A DNA stretch of 64,000 bases, from contig CAYUFA010000007.1 in the NCBI GenBank assembly GCA_964443845.1, positions 742 through 64,741 on the forward strand. The letters are read 5' to 3'. The notes beneath the pieces were generated by a model. It was not told where the DNA came from. It searched no databases and was given only the letters and a program-made list of their open reading frames with translations. A program made the position numbers and the translations under genes. Each line of letters opens with the position of its first letter. The stretch's first letter is position 1. Positions 10,715 to 22,357 of this stretch are shown in pieces. Origin of the DNA: an uncultured Ectothiorhodospiraceae bacterium. Lineage in GTDB: Bacteria; Pseudomonadota; Gammaproteobacteria; UBA9214.

Positions 10715-11525
10715 GACCCGCCTGATCTCCGCGGCCATCCTGGTGCCGCTCGTCGTGGTCGGGGTGTTGCGCCTCGACACCCGCATCGTGGCCGGCATCC
10801 TCGCGCTCATCTTCTGTGCCGCCGTCTGGGAGTGGTCGCGGCTGGTGCCGTTGTACCGCGGCTGGTCGCGCGCGGCCTACACCGGGGCGGCGGCCCTGCT
10901 GATGTGGCTGCTCTGGCAGGTGCCGCCGGAGCGCATGCTGCCGGCGTTGCTGGGCGTGGCCGGCGGCTGGTGGCTGTTTGCACTGTTCTGGCTGGCACGC
11001 CCCGCCTTCTGTGCCGGGCACGGCCGCGGTTGCACGTTGCTGAAGCTGGTGGCCGGCCTGCTGGTGACCTTGCCGGCCTGGACCGGGCTGGTGGTGCTGC
11101 ACCGTCACGGTGCCCGGGGCCCCGAGCTGATGCTGCTGTTGCTGGTCATGATCTGGCTGGCCGACAGCGGCGCGTTTTTCGCCGGCCGGTTCTTTGGCCG
11201 ACACAAGCTGGCGCCCGCGGTGAGTCCCGGCAAGACGCGCGAGGGCGTATACGGCGGGTTGCTGGCGAGCCTGCTGTTTGCCGCTGCGGCCGGCTGGTGG
11301 TTCAGCCACTCGCTGGCGTGGACCGTATCATTCTGTATGGTATCGCTGCTGGCCATGCTGTTTTCGGTGGCCGGTGATCTGCTGGAGAGCCTGATGAAAC
11401 GCCAGAGCAACAGCAAGGACAGTGGCAGCATCATTCCGGGCCACGGCGGCATTTTCGACCGCATCGACAGCATGACGGCCGCGGTCCCGGTCTTCCTGGG
11501 CGGCTTCCTGTGGATGGGGCTGTGA
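10707..11525 (+). CDS. cdsA: phosphatidate cytidylyltransferase (CDP-diglyceride synthase)
   Basis: GTG start overlaps the uppS stop by 8 nt. Polytopic membrane protein carrying the conserved CdsA C-terminal signature block ([17 protein letters not shown]). Confidence 0.85.
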   Translation: MLRTRLISAAILVPLVVVGVLRLDTRIVAGILALIFCAAVWEWSRLVPLYRGWSRAAYTGAAALLMWLLWQVPPERMLPALLGVAGGWWLFALFWLARPAFCAGHGRGCTLLKLVAGLLVTLPAWTGLVVLHRHGARGPELMLLLLVMIWLADSGAFFAGRFFGRHKLAPAVSPGKTREGVYGGLLASLLFAAAAGWWFSHSLAWTVSFCMVSLLAMLFSVAGDLLESLMKRQSNSKDSGSIIPGHGGIFDRIDSMTAAVPVFLGGFLWMGL

Positions 11526-12742
11526 TGAATACCCCGCCGGCGCGCCAGCCTGCGGGCGTCACGCTCCTCGGTTCGACCGGATCGATCGGGGTCAACACGC
11601 TGGACGTGATCGGGCGCCACCCGGAGCGTTTCCGTGTGATCGCCCTGACGGCAAACCGCAACGTCGACGTGCTGGCCGAACAGTGCCTGCGCCATCGCCC
11701 GGAGTATGCCGTGCTGGCCGATGCCGATGCCGCGCAGCGCCTGCAGGAGCGCCTGCAGAAGCCGCTGCCGGAACTGCGGGTACTGGCCGGCATCGACGGA
11801 CTGGTGGAGGTCGCCGGCCTGGCGTCGGTCAGCCACGTGATGGCCGCCATCGTCGGTGCGGCCGGTTTGTTGCCGACCCTGCAGGCGGCCCGCTGTGGCA
11901 AGCGCGTGCTGCTGGCCAACAAGGAAGCACTGGTGATGTCCGGGGACCTGTTCATGCAGGCGGTGCGTGAGCACGCGGCCACCCTGTTGCCGATCGACAG
12001 TGAGCACAACGCCATCCTGCAATGCCTGCCGGATCACTATCGCGCCGGGAGCGCCCCGCGCGGCGTGCGCCGCGTGCTGCTGACCGCCTCGGGCGGGCCG
12101 TTTCGCACCCTGCCGCTCGCGCGACTGGCAGGCGTGACACCGGAACAGGCGTGTGCGCACCCGAACTGGGTGATGGGCCGCAAGATCTCGGTGGATTCCG
12201 CCACCATGATGAACAAGGGGCTCGAGGTGATCGAGGCCAGCTGGCTGTTCGGGCTGTCCCGGGAACGGATCACGGTGGTGCTGCATCCGCAGTCCGTCAT
12301 CCACTCGCTGGTGGAGTACGTGGACGGGTCGATGCTGGCACAACTGGGCAACCCGGACATGCGCATTCCGATCAGTCACGCACTGGGCTGGCCCGAACGG
12401 ATCGAATCCGGTGCGCAGGGACTGGACCTGCTGGCGACCGGCATGCTGCAGTTCGCCCCTCCCGACCATGCGCGCTATCCCTGCCTGGCGCTGGCCCTGG
12501 CGGCATTGCAGGCCGGCGGTACGGCACCGGCCGTCCTGAATGCGGCGAACGAGGTGGCGGTACAGGCATTCCTGGAACGGCGTATTGCGTTTCCGGTCAT
12601 TCCCAGGGTGATCGAGGAAACGCTGGCGCGCGTGCCGGCGCAGGCTGCCGGCAGTCTGGAAACCGTGCTGGCGGCCGATGCGCTGGCCCGGGAACAGGCT
12701 GCTGAACTCGTCGTGGCGAGCAGGGTCACACTGGCACAATGA
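11525..12742 (+). CDS. dxr: 1-deoxy-D-xylulose 5-phosphate reductoisomerase
   Basis: ATG overlaps the cdsA stop (TGATG). Carries the N-terminal NADPH-binding glycine-rich motif (LGSTGSIG) and the conserved substrate-binding loop of DXR (NKGLE). Confidence 0.9.
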   Translation: MNTPPARQPAGVTLLGSTGSIGVNTLDVIGRHPERFRVIALTANRNVDVLAEQCLRHRPEYAVLADADAAQRLQERLQKPLPELRVLAGIDGLVEVAGLASVSHVMAAIVGAAGLLPTLQAARCGKRVLLANKEALVMSGDLFMQAVREHAATLLPIDSEHNAILQCLPDHYRAGSAPRGVRRVLLTASGGPFRTLPLARLAGVTPEQACAHPNWVMGRKISVDSATMMNKGLEVIEASWLFGLSRERITVVLHPQSVIHSLVEYVDGSMLAQLGNPDMRIPISHALGWPERIESGAQGLDLLATGMLQFAPPDHARYPCLALALAALQAGGTAPAVLNAANEVAVQAFLERRIAFPVIPRVIEETLARVPAQAAGSLETVLAADALAREQAAELVVASRVTLAQ

Positions 12743-14103
12743 GCGACGTCATCCATTCCCTGGCGGCATTTCTCGTCGCCATCGGCGTACTCGTCACGGT
12801 GCACGAATTCGGACATTTCTGGGTCGCACGCCGGCTCGGCGTCAAGGTGCTGCGGTTTTCGATCGGTTTCGGCCGGCCATTATGGAAGTGGACCTTCGGC
12901 GCCGACCGTACCGAACTGGTGGTCGCCGCCCTGCCGCTCGGCGGCTATGTCAGGATGCTGGATGAACGGGAAGGCGAGGTAGCGCCTGCCGAACTGCACC
13001 GTGCCTTCAACCGCAAACCGGTTCCGACCCGCATCGCCGTGGTGGTGGCCGGCCCCCTGTTCAACTTCCTGTTTGCCATCCTCGCCTACTGGGTGATGTA
13101 CGTGGTCGGCGTGCCGGGCCTGCGGCCGGTCGTCGGCGCGGTGATTCCGGACTCGGTTGCCGAGCAGGCGGGCATCGTGCAGGGCGACGAGATTCTCGCG
13201 ATCCAGGGGGTCCGGACACCGACCTGGGACAGCGCGATGACCGCCCTGCTGGAAGCCGGGCTGGACGAGCCGCGGACGCTCGAATTGCAGGTGCGCGGCG
13301 CGCACGGCGGGGAGCGTCAGCTGGAGGTGCAGTTCTCCGCGCCGGACCGGCTGCTGGAAAAGGGCGGGGTGCTGAAGAATTTCGGGCTGGTCCCGTGGCA
13401 GTTACCGGCCGTCGTGGACGAGGTGGTGGCGGGCAAGGCGGCGAGCCGGGCGGGGATGCGTCCCGGTGACCGGATCGTGCGCGCGGACGGCAGGAAGATC
13501 ACCGGCTGGAACGAGTGGGTGGAATACGTGCGCGCCCGGCCGGAACAGCCGATCGAGGTCGTGGTGGAGCGGGACGGTCGGCAGGTATCCCTGCACCTGG
13601 TGCCGGAACGGGTCAGCGGGGACGGCGGTGAACACGGTTTCATCGGCGCTTCGGTACGTCTGCCCGACGCGCAACAGCGTGCTACAATGCGCGTCGATGT
13701 GCGCTACGGGGTGCTGGAGGCGCTGCCTGCGGCGGTGAACAAGACCGTGGAAATGTCGACGCTGACGTTACGCACACTCTGGAAAATGGTTTCCGGCCGC
13801 GCGTCGGTCGAGAATCTCAGTGGCCCGATCAGTATTGCCCGCTATGCCGGCGAGTCGGCCGCGATCGGCCTGAGTACGTTCCTGGCGTTCCTCGGGGTGG
13901 TCAGCGTCAGCCTGGGTGTGCTGAACCTGTTGCCGGTCCCGGTACTGGATGGCGGTCACCTGATGTATTACCTGGTGGAAGCGGTAACCGGCAGGCCGGT
14001 CTCGGAAGCGGTGCAGCTGGCCGGGCAGAAGCTCGGGATCCTGTTGTTGCTGCTGTTGATGAGCATTGCCTTTTACAACGACCTGATACGACTGTTTGAC
14101 TGA
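12739..14103 (+). CDS. rseP: sigma-E protease regulator / RIP zinc metalloprotease RseP
   Basis: ATGA overlap with dxr. HEFGH zinc motif in TM1, PDZ domains and a C-terminal LDG membrane motif. Confidence 0.9.
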   Translation: MSDVIHSLAAFLVAIGVLVTVHEFGHFWVARRLGVKVLRFSIGFGRPLWKWTFGADRTELVVAALPLGGYVRMLDEREGEVAPAELHRAFNRKPVPTRIAVVVAGPLFNFLFAILAYWVMYVVGVPGLRPVVGAVIPDSVAEQAGIVQGDEILAIQGVRTPTWDSAMTALLEAGLDEPRTLELQVRGAHGGERQLEVQFSAPDRLLEKGGVLKNFGLVPWQLPAVVDEVVAGKAASRAGMRPGDRIVRADGRKITGWNEWVEYVRARPEQPIEVVVERDGRQVSLHLVPERVSGDGGEHGFIGASVRLPDAQQRATMRVDVRYGVLEALPAAVNKTVEMSTLTLRTLWKMVSGRASVENLSGPISIARYAGESAAIGLSTFLAFLGVVSVSLGVLNLLPVPVLDGGHLMYYLVEAVTGRPVSEAVQLAGQKLGILLLLLLMSIAFYNDLIRLFD

Positions 14104-14112
14104 CGGACTGAC

Positions 14113-16404
14113 ATGCCCCGGCCACTGATACGCCTGCTCTGGACGCTGCTGCTGGGTTGCTGCATGTGCACGACAGCCCGGGCCTTCGAGCCGTTTACGG
14201 TCAAGGACATCCGCGTCGAGGGACTGCAGCGCATCTCTGCCGGCACGGTGTTCAACTACCTGCCGGTCAAGGTGGGTCAGACCCTCGATACCAAGGGCTC
14301 GGTGGAAGCGGTCAACGCGCTGTTCAAGACCGGGTTCTTCGATGATATCTCGCTGGAGCGCGACGGTGACGTGCTGGTAGTCGATGTGCGCGAGCGTGCC
14401 GCGATCAGCAGCATCAAGCTGGAAGGCAACCAGGATCTGGAGACCAAGCAGCTGCTGGACGGACTCAAGGAGATCGGGCTGGCGGAAGGGCGGGTGTTCG
14501 ACCGCTCCCTGCTGGAGAAGGTGGAACAGGAACTGCAACGTCAGTATTTCAGCCGCGGCAAATATGCCGTGCGCATCGACACCACCGTGACGCCGCTCGA
14601 GCGCAACCGGGTGGGAATCCTGATCCACATCTCGGAAGGCCGGGTTGCCCACATCCGGCAGATCAGCATCATCGGCAATCACAACTTTCCGGAAAAAACG
14701 CTGCTCAAGCAGTTTACCCAGACCACGCCGACCCTGTTTTCCGCGTTCACCAAGAAGGACCAGTACTCGAAGCAGGCGTTGTCCGCCGACCTCGAGACGC
14801 TGCGTACCTGGTATCTTGACCGCGGCTACCTGAATTTCCAGATCAAGTCCACGCAGGTGTCGATCACCCCCGACAAGAAGGACATCTACATCACGATCAA
14901 CATCAACGAGGGTGAGCAGTTCCGGATCAAGGTGGTGAAACTGTCCGGCGACCTGGTCGTGCCGGCGCAAAAGATCTTCCCGCTGATCCACATCAATCCC
15001 GGTGACGTCTTTTCGCGCAAGCGGGTGACCGAGGCGGTGGATCGCATCAGCTCCCTGCTGGGCAACGAGGGTTATGCCTTCGCCAACGTGAACACGGTGC
15101 CGGAACTGGATGAAAAGAACCGCGAAGTCTCGCTCGGTTTCTTCGTCGACCCGGGCAAGCGCGTCTACGTGCGCCGCATCAATATTTCCGGGAACACCAC
15201 GACCCGGGACGAGGTGCTGCGCCGCGAGCTGCGGCAGATGGAAGGCGGCTGGTATTCCGCGGAACAGGTGGAGCGGTCCCGTACCCGCCTTGACCGCCTC
15301 GGGTTCTTCGAAAAGGTCAACGTCGAGACACCTTCGGTGCCGGGGACGGCGGACCAGCTGGATGTCAACTACGCGGTCACCGAGACCTCGTCCGGCAGCA
15401 TCACCGCCGGTGTCGGCTATTCGCAGACCGCCGGCGTGCTGTTCAATGCCAGTATCCAGCAGAACAATTTTCTCGGCAGTGGCAAGCGCGTCGCCTTCAC
15501 CTTCGACAACAGCCAGGTCAACAGCGTCTACAGTTTCAGCTATGTCAATCCATACTGGACCATCGACGGTGTGAGCCGCGGCTTCGGCGCCTACTACCGC
15601 ACGACCGATGCCAGGCGCGCAAACCTGACCGATTATTCCACCGATACGCGCGGCCTGGACGTCAATTTCGGCATCCCGGTCAACGAGTACGACACCCTGC
15701 GTTTCAGCGCCGGCTACAAGGGTCTGGACCTGCACGCGAGCAAGTTCTCGCCGGTCGAGGTGACCGATTTCGAGGACAGCTACGGCAGTTCCTTCGGTGA
15801 CCTGGTGCTGTCCGCCAGCTGGAGTCACGATTCCCGCAACAAGATCCTGGTCCCCACCGACGGCGGGCTGCAGTCCCTCAGCCTCGAGGCGACCATCCCG
15901 GGCTCGGGCCTGGAATACTACAAGCTGGATTACCAGCAGCAGCGTTTCGTGCCCCTGACCACGAATTTCACTCTCGGCATGAAAGGGCGTGTCGCGTACG
16001 GCCAGGGCTATGGCAGCTTCAGCAACCTGCCGTTTTTCGAGAATTTCTTTGCCGGCGGCATCCGTTCCATCCGTGGCTTCAACGAAAACACGCTGGGCCC
16101 GAAGGATTCCAATGGCAACGCCATCGGTGGCTCTTTCCTGACCGTATTCAACCTGGAAATGCTGTTCCCCGTGCCGTTCATGGAGACCAGCGCGGGTACA
16201 CGCCTGAGCGCATTCCTGGATTTCGGCAACGTGTACCAGAGCGCCAATGACTTCAATGTCTCCGATTTCAGGTATTCTGTCGGCCTGGCAGGGTTGTGGT
16301 CGTCACCCCTGGGGCCGATCTCGGCGAGCATCGGCGTGCCCCTGAATGCCCAGTCCGGTGACCGCAAGCAGCTGTTCCAGTTTACTGTGGGAACCTTCTT
16401 CTGA
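14113..16404 (+). CDS. bamA: outer membrane protein assembly factor BamA
   Basis: 763-aa ORF with signal peptide, five POTRA repeats (FEPFTVKDIRVEGLQRIS...) and a C-terminal beta-barrel ending in F. Confidence 0.9.
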   Translation: MPRPLIRLLWTLLLGCCMCTTARAFEPFTVKDIRVEGLQRISAGTVFNYLPVKVGQTLDTKGSVEAVNALFKTGFFDDISLERDGDVLVVDVRERAAISSIKLEGNQDLETKQLLDGLKEIGLAEGRVFDRSLLEKVEQELQRQYFSRGKYAVRIDTTVTPLERNRVGILIHISEGRVAHIRQISIIGNHNFPEKTLLKQFTQTTPTLFSAFTKKDQYSKQALSADLETLRTWYLDRGYLNFQIKSTQVSITPDKKDIYITININEGEQFRIKVVKLSGDLVVPAQKIFPLIHINPGDVFSRKRVTEAVDRISSLLGNEGYAFANVNTVPELDEKNREVSLGFFVDPGKRVYVRRINISGNTTTRDEVLRRELRQMEGGWYSAEQVERSRTRLDRLGFFEKVNVETPSVPGTADQLDVNYAVTETSSGSITAGVGYSQTAGVLFNASIQQNNFLGSGKRVAFTFDNSQVNSVYSFSYVNPYWTIDGVSRGFGAYYRTTDARRANLTDYSTDTRGLDVNFGIPVNEYDTLRFSAGYKGLDLHASKFSPVEVTDFEDSYGSSFGDLVLSASWSHDSRNKILVPTDGGLQSLSLEATIPGSGLEYYKLDYQQQRFVPLTTNFTLGMKGRVAYGQGYGSFSNLPFFENFFAGGIRSIRGFNENTLGPKDSNGNAIGGSFLTVFNLEMLFPVPFMETSAGTRLSAFLDFGNVYQSANDFNVSDFRYSVGLAGLWSSPLGPISASIGVPLNAQSGDRKQLFQFTVGTFF

Positions 16405-16428
16405 CGGATCTGAACGTATGTACGGAGT

Positions 16429-16953
16429 GTGAATGTGAAAACTTGCAAACTGACTGTATTTGTCCTTGCCCTTGTGGGTGCATTGTCGTTGATTCCGGGG
16501 CCGGCGACGGCGGCCGGGGACCTGAAGATCGGTTTCGTCGACCTGGCCAAGCTGAGCGAGAAGGCGCCGCAGATCACCGCCGCGCAGAACAAGATCGACG
16601 CGGAATTCTCGGGGCGCGAGAAGGAAATCGTCGAGTTGCAGCGGCGGGTGGCCAAGATGGAAGAGGCCATGACCACCAACGGCCCCGTGCTCAGCGATTC
16701 CGAACGCAGCACCAAGGAGCGTGAGCTGCTGAGCAAGCGGCGCGAACTGAAGCGCATGCAGGACGAGTTCCGTGATGACCTCAACATTCGCAAGAACGAG
16801 ATGCTGCGTTCCGTGAACGAGGAGATCGGCAAGGTCATCGACAACTTCGCCAAGAGCGAGAAGTATGACCTGATCCTGGCCCAGGGCGTGATGTACGCCG
16901 GCAAACGGATCGATATCACCGATCTCATTCTCAAGAAGCTGGGGGGGAAATAA
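16429..16953 (+). CDS. skp: periplasmic chaperone Skp (OmpH)
   Basis: Signal peptide plus coiled-coil OmpH family. Start is GTG 16429 or GTG 16435; the latter has better spacing to GGAG at 16424-16427. Confidence 0.85.
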   Translation: MNVKTCKLTVFVLALVGALSLIPGPATAAGDLKIGFVDLAKLSEKAPQITAAQNKIDAEFSGREKEIVELQRRVAKMEEAMTTNGPVLSDSERSTKERELLSKRRELKRMQDEFRDDLNIRKNEMLRSVNEEIGKVIDNFAKSEKYDLILAQGVMYAGKRIDITDLILKKLGGK

Positions 16954-16980
16954 TCGCCAGCGATTCGCGGGGCGTACGCG

Positions 16981-18015
16981 ATGGGTATCACCCTCGGGGA
17001 ACTGGCCGGCCGGATCGGCGCCGAGCTGCACGGGGGCAGACCGGATACCGGGATTGACGCGGTGGCCACGCTGGCCAATGCCGGACCGGGTGACCTCAGC
17101 TTTCTGGCCAACCGCAACTATCGCCGGTTCCTGGCCGGCACGCGCGCTGCGGCGGTCATCCTGGCGCCGGAGCACCTGGCGGAGTGCCCGGTACCGGCAC
17201 TGGTGTCCCCCAACCCCTATGCCAGCTACGCACGCGCCGCCGCGCTGATCGTGCCGCGGCCGGCGCCGCGCAGCGGCGTGCATCCGGCGGCGACCCTGGA
17301 GGACGGGTGTACGGTCGATGCATCGGCCTGGGTCGGTCCGCACTGCATCGTGGAGTCCGGTGCCGTGATCGGCGCCGGCGCGCAACTGGCGGGTGGTTGT
17401 TTCATCGGTGCCGGCAGCCGTGTCGGCGCGCACAGCCGGATCGCCGCCAACGTGGTGATCTGCCACGGCGTGGTCATCGGGGAGCGGGTCGGCATCGCAC
17501 CCGGGGTGGTCATCGGGGCAGACGGTTTCGGCCTGGCCAGCGAGGACGGGCGCTGGCTCGATGTGCCGCAGCTCGGCGCTGTGCGGATCGGCGACGATGT
17601 CGAGATCGGCGCCAATACCACCATCGACCGCGGCGCACTGGACGACACCGTACTGGAAGAGGGCGTGCGGCTCGATAACCAGATCCAGGTTGCGCACAAT
17701 GTCTTTATCGGCGCGCACACCGCGATTGCCGGCTGCGTCGGGATCTCCGGCAGTGCCAGGATCGGCCGCCACTGCATGATCGGCGGCGGTGCCGGGATCG
17801 TCGGCCATCTCGAAATCACCGATCACGTCATCATTACCGGCATGACGATGGTGACGAAATCGATCACCGCGCCCGGGGTCTACTCCTCGGGCGTGCCGGC
17901 GCAGGACAACGAAAGCTGGAACCGCAACTACGCGCGCCTGCGTCAGCTCGACCGCATGGCGCGGCGCCTGCAGGTGCTGGAGCGCCGGGTGGCGGCCGGC
18001 AGCGACAATCACTGA
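16981..18015 (+). CDS. lpxD: UDP-3-O-(3-hydroxyacyl)glucosamine N-acyltransferase
   Basis: 344-aa ORF with a left-handed beta-helix hexapeptide repeat region and an LpxD-type N-terminus. Confidence 0.9.
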   Translation: MGITLGELAGRIGAELHGGRPDTGIDAVATLANAGPGDLSFLANRNYRRFLAGTRAAAVILAPEHLAECPVPALVSPNPYASYARAAALIVPRPAPRSGVHPAATLEDGCTVDASAWVGPHCIVESGAVIGAGAQLAGGCFIGAGSRVGAHSRIAANVVICHGVVIGERVGIAPGVVIGADGFGLASEDGRWLDVPQLGAVRIGDDVEIGANTTIDRGALDDTVLEEGVRLDNQIQVAHNVFIGAHTAIAGCVGISGSARIGRHCMIGGGAGIVGHLEITDHVIITGMTMVTKSITAPGVYSSGVPAQDNESWNRNYARLRQLDRMARRLQVLERRVAAGSDNH

Positions 18016-18073
18016 CCGGGACGCGACCCTGCGCCGGTAAACGAAACTGACAACCGACGGGTAACCCGGAACC

Positions 18074-18514
18074 ATGAACATCAACGACATACTGCAGCAT
18101 CTTCCCCACCGTTACCCGTTCCTGCTGATCGACCGCGTCATCGAGTTCAACCCCGGTGAATCCCTGGTCGGCTACAAGAACGTTTCCTACAACGAGCCGT
18201 TTTTCCAGGGGCACTTCCCGCAGCGCCCGATCATGCCGGGCGTGCTGATCCTGGAAGCAATGGCGCAGGCCACCGGGCTGCTTGCGTTCAAGACGGTCGA
18301 GCGTGGCGCGCGGCGCGAGAGCCTGTACTATCTCGTGGGCATGGATAACGCCCGCTTCAAGAAGCCGGTCGAGCCCGGCGACCAGCTGATGCTGTATGCC
18401 CGGCTGGTCCGCTCCCGGCGCGGTATCTGGGTGTTTGACTGTGCAGCGAAGGTCGACGGCGCGGTCGTGGCGACCGCGCAGATCATGTGCACCGAACAGG
18501 ATATTCACCCTTGA
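18074..18514 (+). CDS. fabZ: 3-hydroxyacyl-ACP dehydratase FabZ
   Basis: Product [13 protein letters not shown]...GHFP..PIMPGVL is the FabZ hotdog signature. Confidence 0.95.
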   Translation: MNINDILQHLPHRYPFLLIDRVIEFNPGESLVGYKNVSYNEPFFQGHFPQRPIMPGVLILEAMAQATGLLAFKTVERGARRESLYYLVGMDNARFKKPVEPGDQLMLYARLVRSRRGIWVFDCAAKVDGAVVATAQIMCTEQDIHP

Positions 18515-19281
18515 TCGACGCCCGGGCAGTCATCGATCCTTCCGCCGAGCTGGCGGAGGGTGTGAGCGTGGGCCCGTTTACCGTGATCGGGGCCGGGGTC
18601 ACGATCGGTCGGGGCACCCGCATCGGGCCGCATGCCGTGATCAACGGTCCTACCCGGATCGGCGAAGACAACCATATCTTCCAGTTCGCTTCGGTCGGCG
18701 ACGCGCCCCAGGACAAGAAGTACGGGGGGGAGCCCACCCGGCTGGAGATCGGCGATCGCAACACGATCCGCGAGTTCGTCACCATCAATCGCGGCACCGT
18801 GCAGGACGCCGGACTGACCCGCCTCGGCAACGACAACTGGATCATGGCGTACGTGCATATCGCGCATGACTGCCGGATCGGCAACCAGACCATCTTTGCC
18901 AACAACGCCTCCCTGGCCGGGCACGTGCACGTGGACGATTACGCGATCCTCGGCGGCTTTACCCTGGTGCACCAGTTCTGTTCCATCGGGGCGCACGCGC
19001 TGACCGCCTTCGGCAGTGGCATCAGCATGGATGTGCCGCCCTATGTCACGGTGGGTGGCACTCCGGCACGACCGCACGGCATGAATATGGAGGGCCTGCG
19101 CCGGCGCGGCTTCCCCGCGCCGGCGCGGCGCGAACTCAAGCAGGCCTACAAGGTGCTGTACCGCGAGAACCTGTCGCTGCGGGAGGCGCTGGCCAGGCTG
19201 CGCGAGCTGGCCGTGGACTGTCCCGAAGTCGGCGTGCTGGTGCAGTTCCTGGAAAACCAGAAGCGCGGTATCGTCAGGTAA
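18511..19281 (+). CDS. lpxA: acyl-ACP--UDP-GlcNAc O-acyltransferase
   Basis: TTG start overlaps the fabZ stop. Product (M)[13 protein letters not shown]... has hexapeptide repeats. The ORF-track start 18487 is an upstream extension. Confidence 0.9.
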   Translation: MIDARAVIDPSAELAEGVSVGPFTVIGAGVTIGRGTRIGPHAVINGPTRIGEDNHIFQFASVGDAPQDKKYGGEPTRLEIGDRNTIREFVTINRGTVQDAGLTRLGNDNWIMAYVHIAHDCRIGNQTIFANNASLAGHVHVDDYAILGGFTLVHQFCSIGAHALTAFGSGISMDVPPYVTVGGTPARPHGMNMEGLRRRGFPAPARRELKQAYKVLYRENLSLREALARLRELAVDCPEVGVLVQFLENQKRGIVR

Positions 19282-19316
19282 TCCCGGGTGAGCCGGGGCG
19301 CGACAATGGTACCGGC

Positions 19317-20486
19317 ATGACCAGGTCCCCGGGACCGCTGCGTATCGGTATCGTGGCCGGCGAGGCTTCCGGTGACAACATCGCGGCCGCGCTGATCACC
19401 GCACTGCGCGCGCAGGTGCCGGACGCGGTGTTCGAGGGTGTGGCGGGACCCCGCATGCAGGCGGCCGGCTGCACCACGCTGTGCCCCATGGAGCGCCTGT
19501 CGGTCATGGGGCTGACCGAGGTGCTGCGCCACCTGCCCGCGCTGCTGGGCCTGCGGCGCCGCTTGCGCCGGCACTTCACGGCGCACCCGCCGGACCTGTT
19601 CATCGGCGTCGATGCGCCGGATTTCAACCTGGGCCTGGAACGGGCCCTGAAACGGCGCGGCATCCGCACCCTGCACTATGTCAGTCCGTCGGTGTGGGCC
19701 TGGCGGCGCTATCGCGTGCGCAAGATCGCCGCGAGCGTGGACTGCATCCTGACGCTGTTCCCGTTCGAGGAACGTTTCTACCTGGAGCAGCACGTGCCGG
19801 CGCGCTGCGTGGGGCATCCGCTGGCCGACCAGGTAGCGGACGAGGTGGACCAGGCGGCGGCGCGCAGGGCACTCGGCATCCCGCCGGGCGGGCCGTTGCT
19901 GGCATTGCTGCCCGGCAGCCGCACCAGCGAGGTACGCCAGCTGGCGCTGCCTTTCCTGGCGGCGGCTGCCTGGTGCCAGGCGCGGCGGGACGACCTGCAC
20001 TTCGTGGTGCCGCTGGCCAACGCGCGTTGCCGCGCTGCGTTCGAGGAGGCCGTCTCCCGGCTGCCATCCGTCCCGCCGCTCACCCTGCTCACCGGCCGGG
20101 GGATGGAGGCCATGGCGGCCGCGGATGCGGTCCTGCTCGCCTCGGGTACGGCGACCTTGGAATGCCTGCTGTTGCGGCGCCCGATGGTGGTGGCGTACCG
20201 GCTCTCGGCGCTGACCTTCCGGCTGGCCCGCCGGCTGGTCCGGGTGCCGTTCTTTTCCCTGCCGAACCTGCTGGCCGGTCGGGCGCTGGTGCGGGAATTT
20301 CTCCAGCACGACGTGACGGCGGAAAATCTCGGCCGCGAGTTGCTGGCGCTGGTGGAGCAACCGCAACGCGCGGCAGCGCTGGCGCACGAGTTTGCCGCGA
20401 TCCATCGTGACCTGCGCCGGGACGCCAGCCACGCGGCCGCCCGGGTCGTATTGCAGATGACGGGGAGGCTGCCCGGTGCCTGCTGA
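19317..20486 (+). CDS. lpxB: lipid-A-disaccharide synthase
   Basis: 389-aa GT-B glycosyltransferase; the N-terminal glycine-containing motif ([11 protein letters not shown]) is the LpxB hallmark. Confidence 0.9.
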   Translation: MTRSPGPLRIGIVAGEASGDNIAAALITALRAQVPDAVFEGVAGPRMQAAGCTTLCPMERLSVMGLTEVLRHLPALLGLRRRLRRHFTAHPPDLFIGVDAPDFNLGLERALKRRGIRTLHYVSPSVWAWRRYRVRKIAASVDCILTLFPFEERFYLEQHVPARCVGHPLADQVADEVDQAAARRALGIPPGGPLLALLPGSRTSEVRQLALPFLAAAAWCQARRDDLHFVVPLANARCRAAFEEAVSRLPSVPPLTLLTGRGMEAMAAADAVLLASGTATLECLLLRRPMVVAYRLSALTFRLARRLVRVPFFSLPNLLAGRALVREFLQHDVTAENLGRELLALVEQPQRAAALAHEFAAIHRDLRRDASHAAARVVLQMTGRLPGAC

Positions 20487-21084
20487 GGCGATCATCCTGC
20501 CGGCAGGGCGGGTGGCCGGCGTGGACGAGGCGGGCCGCGGGCCGCTGGCCGGACCGGTCATCGCCGCTGCCGTGATCCTCGACCCGGCGCGGCCGCTGTC
20601 CGGACTGCGCGATTCCAAGCAGCTGAGCGCGCAGCGCCGCGAGACCCTGTACGGGGAAATCGTTGCGGCGGCTCTGGGCTGGGCCATCGGCCGGGCGGAG
20701 GTGGAGGAGATCGACCGGATCAACATTCTCCAGGCCACGCTGCTGGCCATGCAGCGTGCCGTGGCAGGCCTGCAACCGGCGGCCGAGTATGCGGTCATCG
20801 ACGGGAACCGCTGTCCGGTGCTGCCGATCCCGGCACGCGCCATCGTCCGGGGGGACAGCCGGGTGGCTGCCATCAGTGCCGCGTCGATCCTCGCCAAGGT
20901 GGCGCGGGACCGCGAGATGGTGGAACTGGACCGGCGTTACCCGGGCTACGGGCTGGCGCAGCACAAGGGCTATCCCAGCAAGGCGCATATCGCCGCGCTG
21001 GAGGCGCTCGGGCCGACACCGCAGCACCGGCGCTCCTTCGCGCCCGTCAGGCGTATTGCCGGGTTGACGGGTGCAGGGGTCTGA
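20476..21084 (+). CDS. rnhB: ribonuclease HII
   Basis: GTG start overlaps the lpxB stop by 11 nt. The [15 protein letters not shown] and DSK motifs match RNase HII. Confidence 0.9.
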   Translation: MPAEAIILPAGRVAGVDEAGRGPLAGPVIAAAVILDPARPLSGLRDSKQLSAQRRETLYGEIVAAALGWAIGRAEVEEIDRINILQATLLAMQRAVAGLQPAAEYAVIDGNRCPVLPIPARAIVRGDSRVAAISAASILAKVARDREMVELDRRYPGYGLAQHKGYPSKAHIAALEALGPTPQHRRSFAPVRRIAGLTGAGV

Positions 21085-22171
21085 GGTTTCCGGGCAGTAC
21101 GCCCAGCGCGTGGTCATACCAGGTGACCAGGTTGCGTCCCACCTGCTTGCTGCAGTGCAGCGCCTGGTCGGCCAGGTCGAATACCTGTTCCGGTTCGTCC
21201 ACCGTGTACGGGTAGGCGGCAATACCGATGCTGGCCGTCACGGTGACCCGGTCGCCGTCGACGTCGATCGAGGTATTGCCGATCGCCGCACGGATGCGTT
21301 CCGCGCAGCGGGTGGCGTGCTCGCTGCCGATGCGCCGCATCAGGATGGCGAATTCATCGCCGCCGTAGCGCGCCGCGATGTCGCTGGCGCGTACCGAACG
21401 CCGGAGGGTGGCGGCGACACTGCGGATCAGACGCGTGCCGGCATCCTGGCCGTAACGGTCATTGATCCCCTTGAGGCCATCCAGGCCGATCATGAACACG
21501 ATGAACGGATCCCGGTAGTCCCTGGCACGTTCCAGTTCCTGCTCCAGCAGCAGGTGGAAGGCGCGCAGGCTCAGCAGGCCGGTCAGTTCGTCGGTCTGCG
21601 CAAGCGCGACGACCCTGTGCCTGGCAGCGATGATGTCAGCGGCCAGCATGGAGGTGACGTACGCCACCAGCAGGAACGGCGAGAATCTGGCAACCAGGCT
21701 GCTCAGGGTGTCCGCTGCAAAGAGGTCGGAGGCATCGCGGGTGTAGCCGGCCAGCAGGTAGCAACAGGCGATCAGGACCACCTCCAGCAGCGTCATCGTT
21801 TTGCCGAGGGTGAGCGCGCAGACGATGATGACCAGCAGGTACAGGTTCAGCAGCGGACTCTGCTGGTAACCGGTATGCATGATGGCGATCGTGATAAACC
21901 CGATCATGATCCAGGTCTCGACGGCCAGCTTGAGACGGGTTTCCCGGACGCGGGACCGGGAATACCGGAACAGCAGCACGAAACCGGCGTACCCTGTCAT
22001 GACGAGGATCATGCCGTCCGGGTCATCCAGCGGGCCGGTCGGCAGGAAGTAGTACAGGATCACCAGGATCAGCAGCAGCCAGTGCAACTCGGCGATGCTG
22101 CGGGCAAATCCGCTCAGCTGTGCGGACTCGAAGTGGTTGAAGATCTGGTTTGCCGGGGATGAGCGGTTCAT
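21047..22171 (-). CDS. membrane-anchored diguanylate cyclase (GGDEF domain)
   Basis: N-terminal half has about 6 TM helices. C-terminal half carries RYGGDEF and the I-site-like RxxD context. Convergent with rnhB and overlaps its 3' end by about 38 nt. Confidence 0.8.
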   Translation of the reverse strand: MNRSSPANQIFNHFESAQLSGFARSIAELHWLLLILVILYYFLPTGPLDDPDGMILVMTGYAGFVLLFRYSRSRVRETRLKLAVETWIMIGFITIAIMHTGYQQSPLLNLYLLVIIVCALTLGKTMTLLEVVLIACCYLLAGYTRDASDLFAADTLSSLVARFSPFLLVAYVTSMLAADIIAARHRVVALAQTDELTGLLSLRAFHLLLEQELERARDYRDPFIVFMIGLDGLKGINDRYGQDAGTRLIRSVAATLRRSVRASDIAARYGGDEFAILMRRIGSEHATRCAERIRAAIGNTSIDVDGDRVTVTASIGIAAYPYTVDEPEQVFDLADQALHCSKQVGRNLVTWYDHALGVLPGNLRPLHPSTRQYA

Positions 22172-22357
22172 GACGTGAAACCCGATGGGTGCCGTTTTGC
22201 TATCGGCCTGCGCTGCGCCCCGCTGAAGCCACGGTCGTACGGTGCGTGGCCACGAGTGGATGACATGAATAAACCGAGAGATGCGTCACATTCCTGAATG
22301 CCGGGTTCAGTGCCGGCAGCGCTTGCAAGCCGGGATGCAAAACTGGAGACTTTTCCC

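Noticed and set aside
13768-15828. Very long antisense ORFs covering known genes. Examples: 686 aa opposite bamA, 1126 aa (22658..26038) opposite dnaE, 820 aa (28561..31023) opposite pyrG/kdsA, 643 aa (60041..61972) opposite cbbL/cbbS, 595 aa opposite lpxD, 583 aa opposite lpxB, 544 aa opposite dxr, 534 aa opposite recJ, 484 aa opposite the subtilase, 481 aa opposite uppS, 437 aa opposite lysS.
   Set aside because: Their translations are Arg/Gly/Ala/Pro-rich low-complexity strings, typical of stop-poor antisense frames in 65% GC DNA. The opposite strand in each case encodes an unmistakable conserved housekeeping protein.
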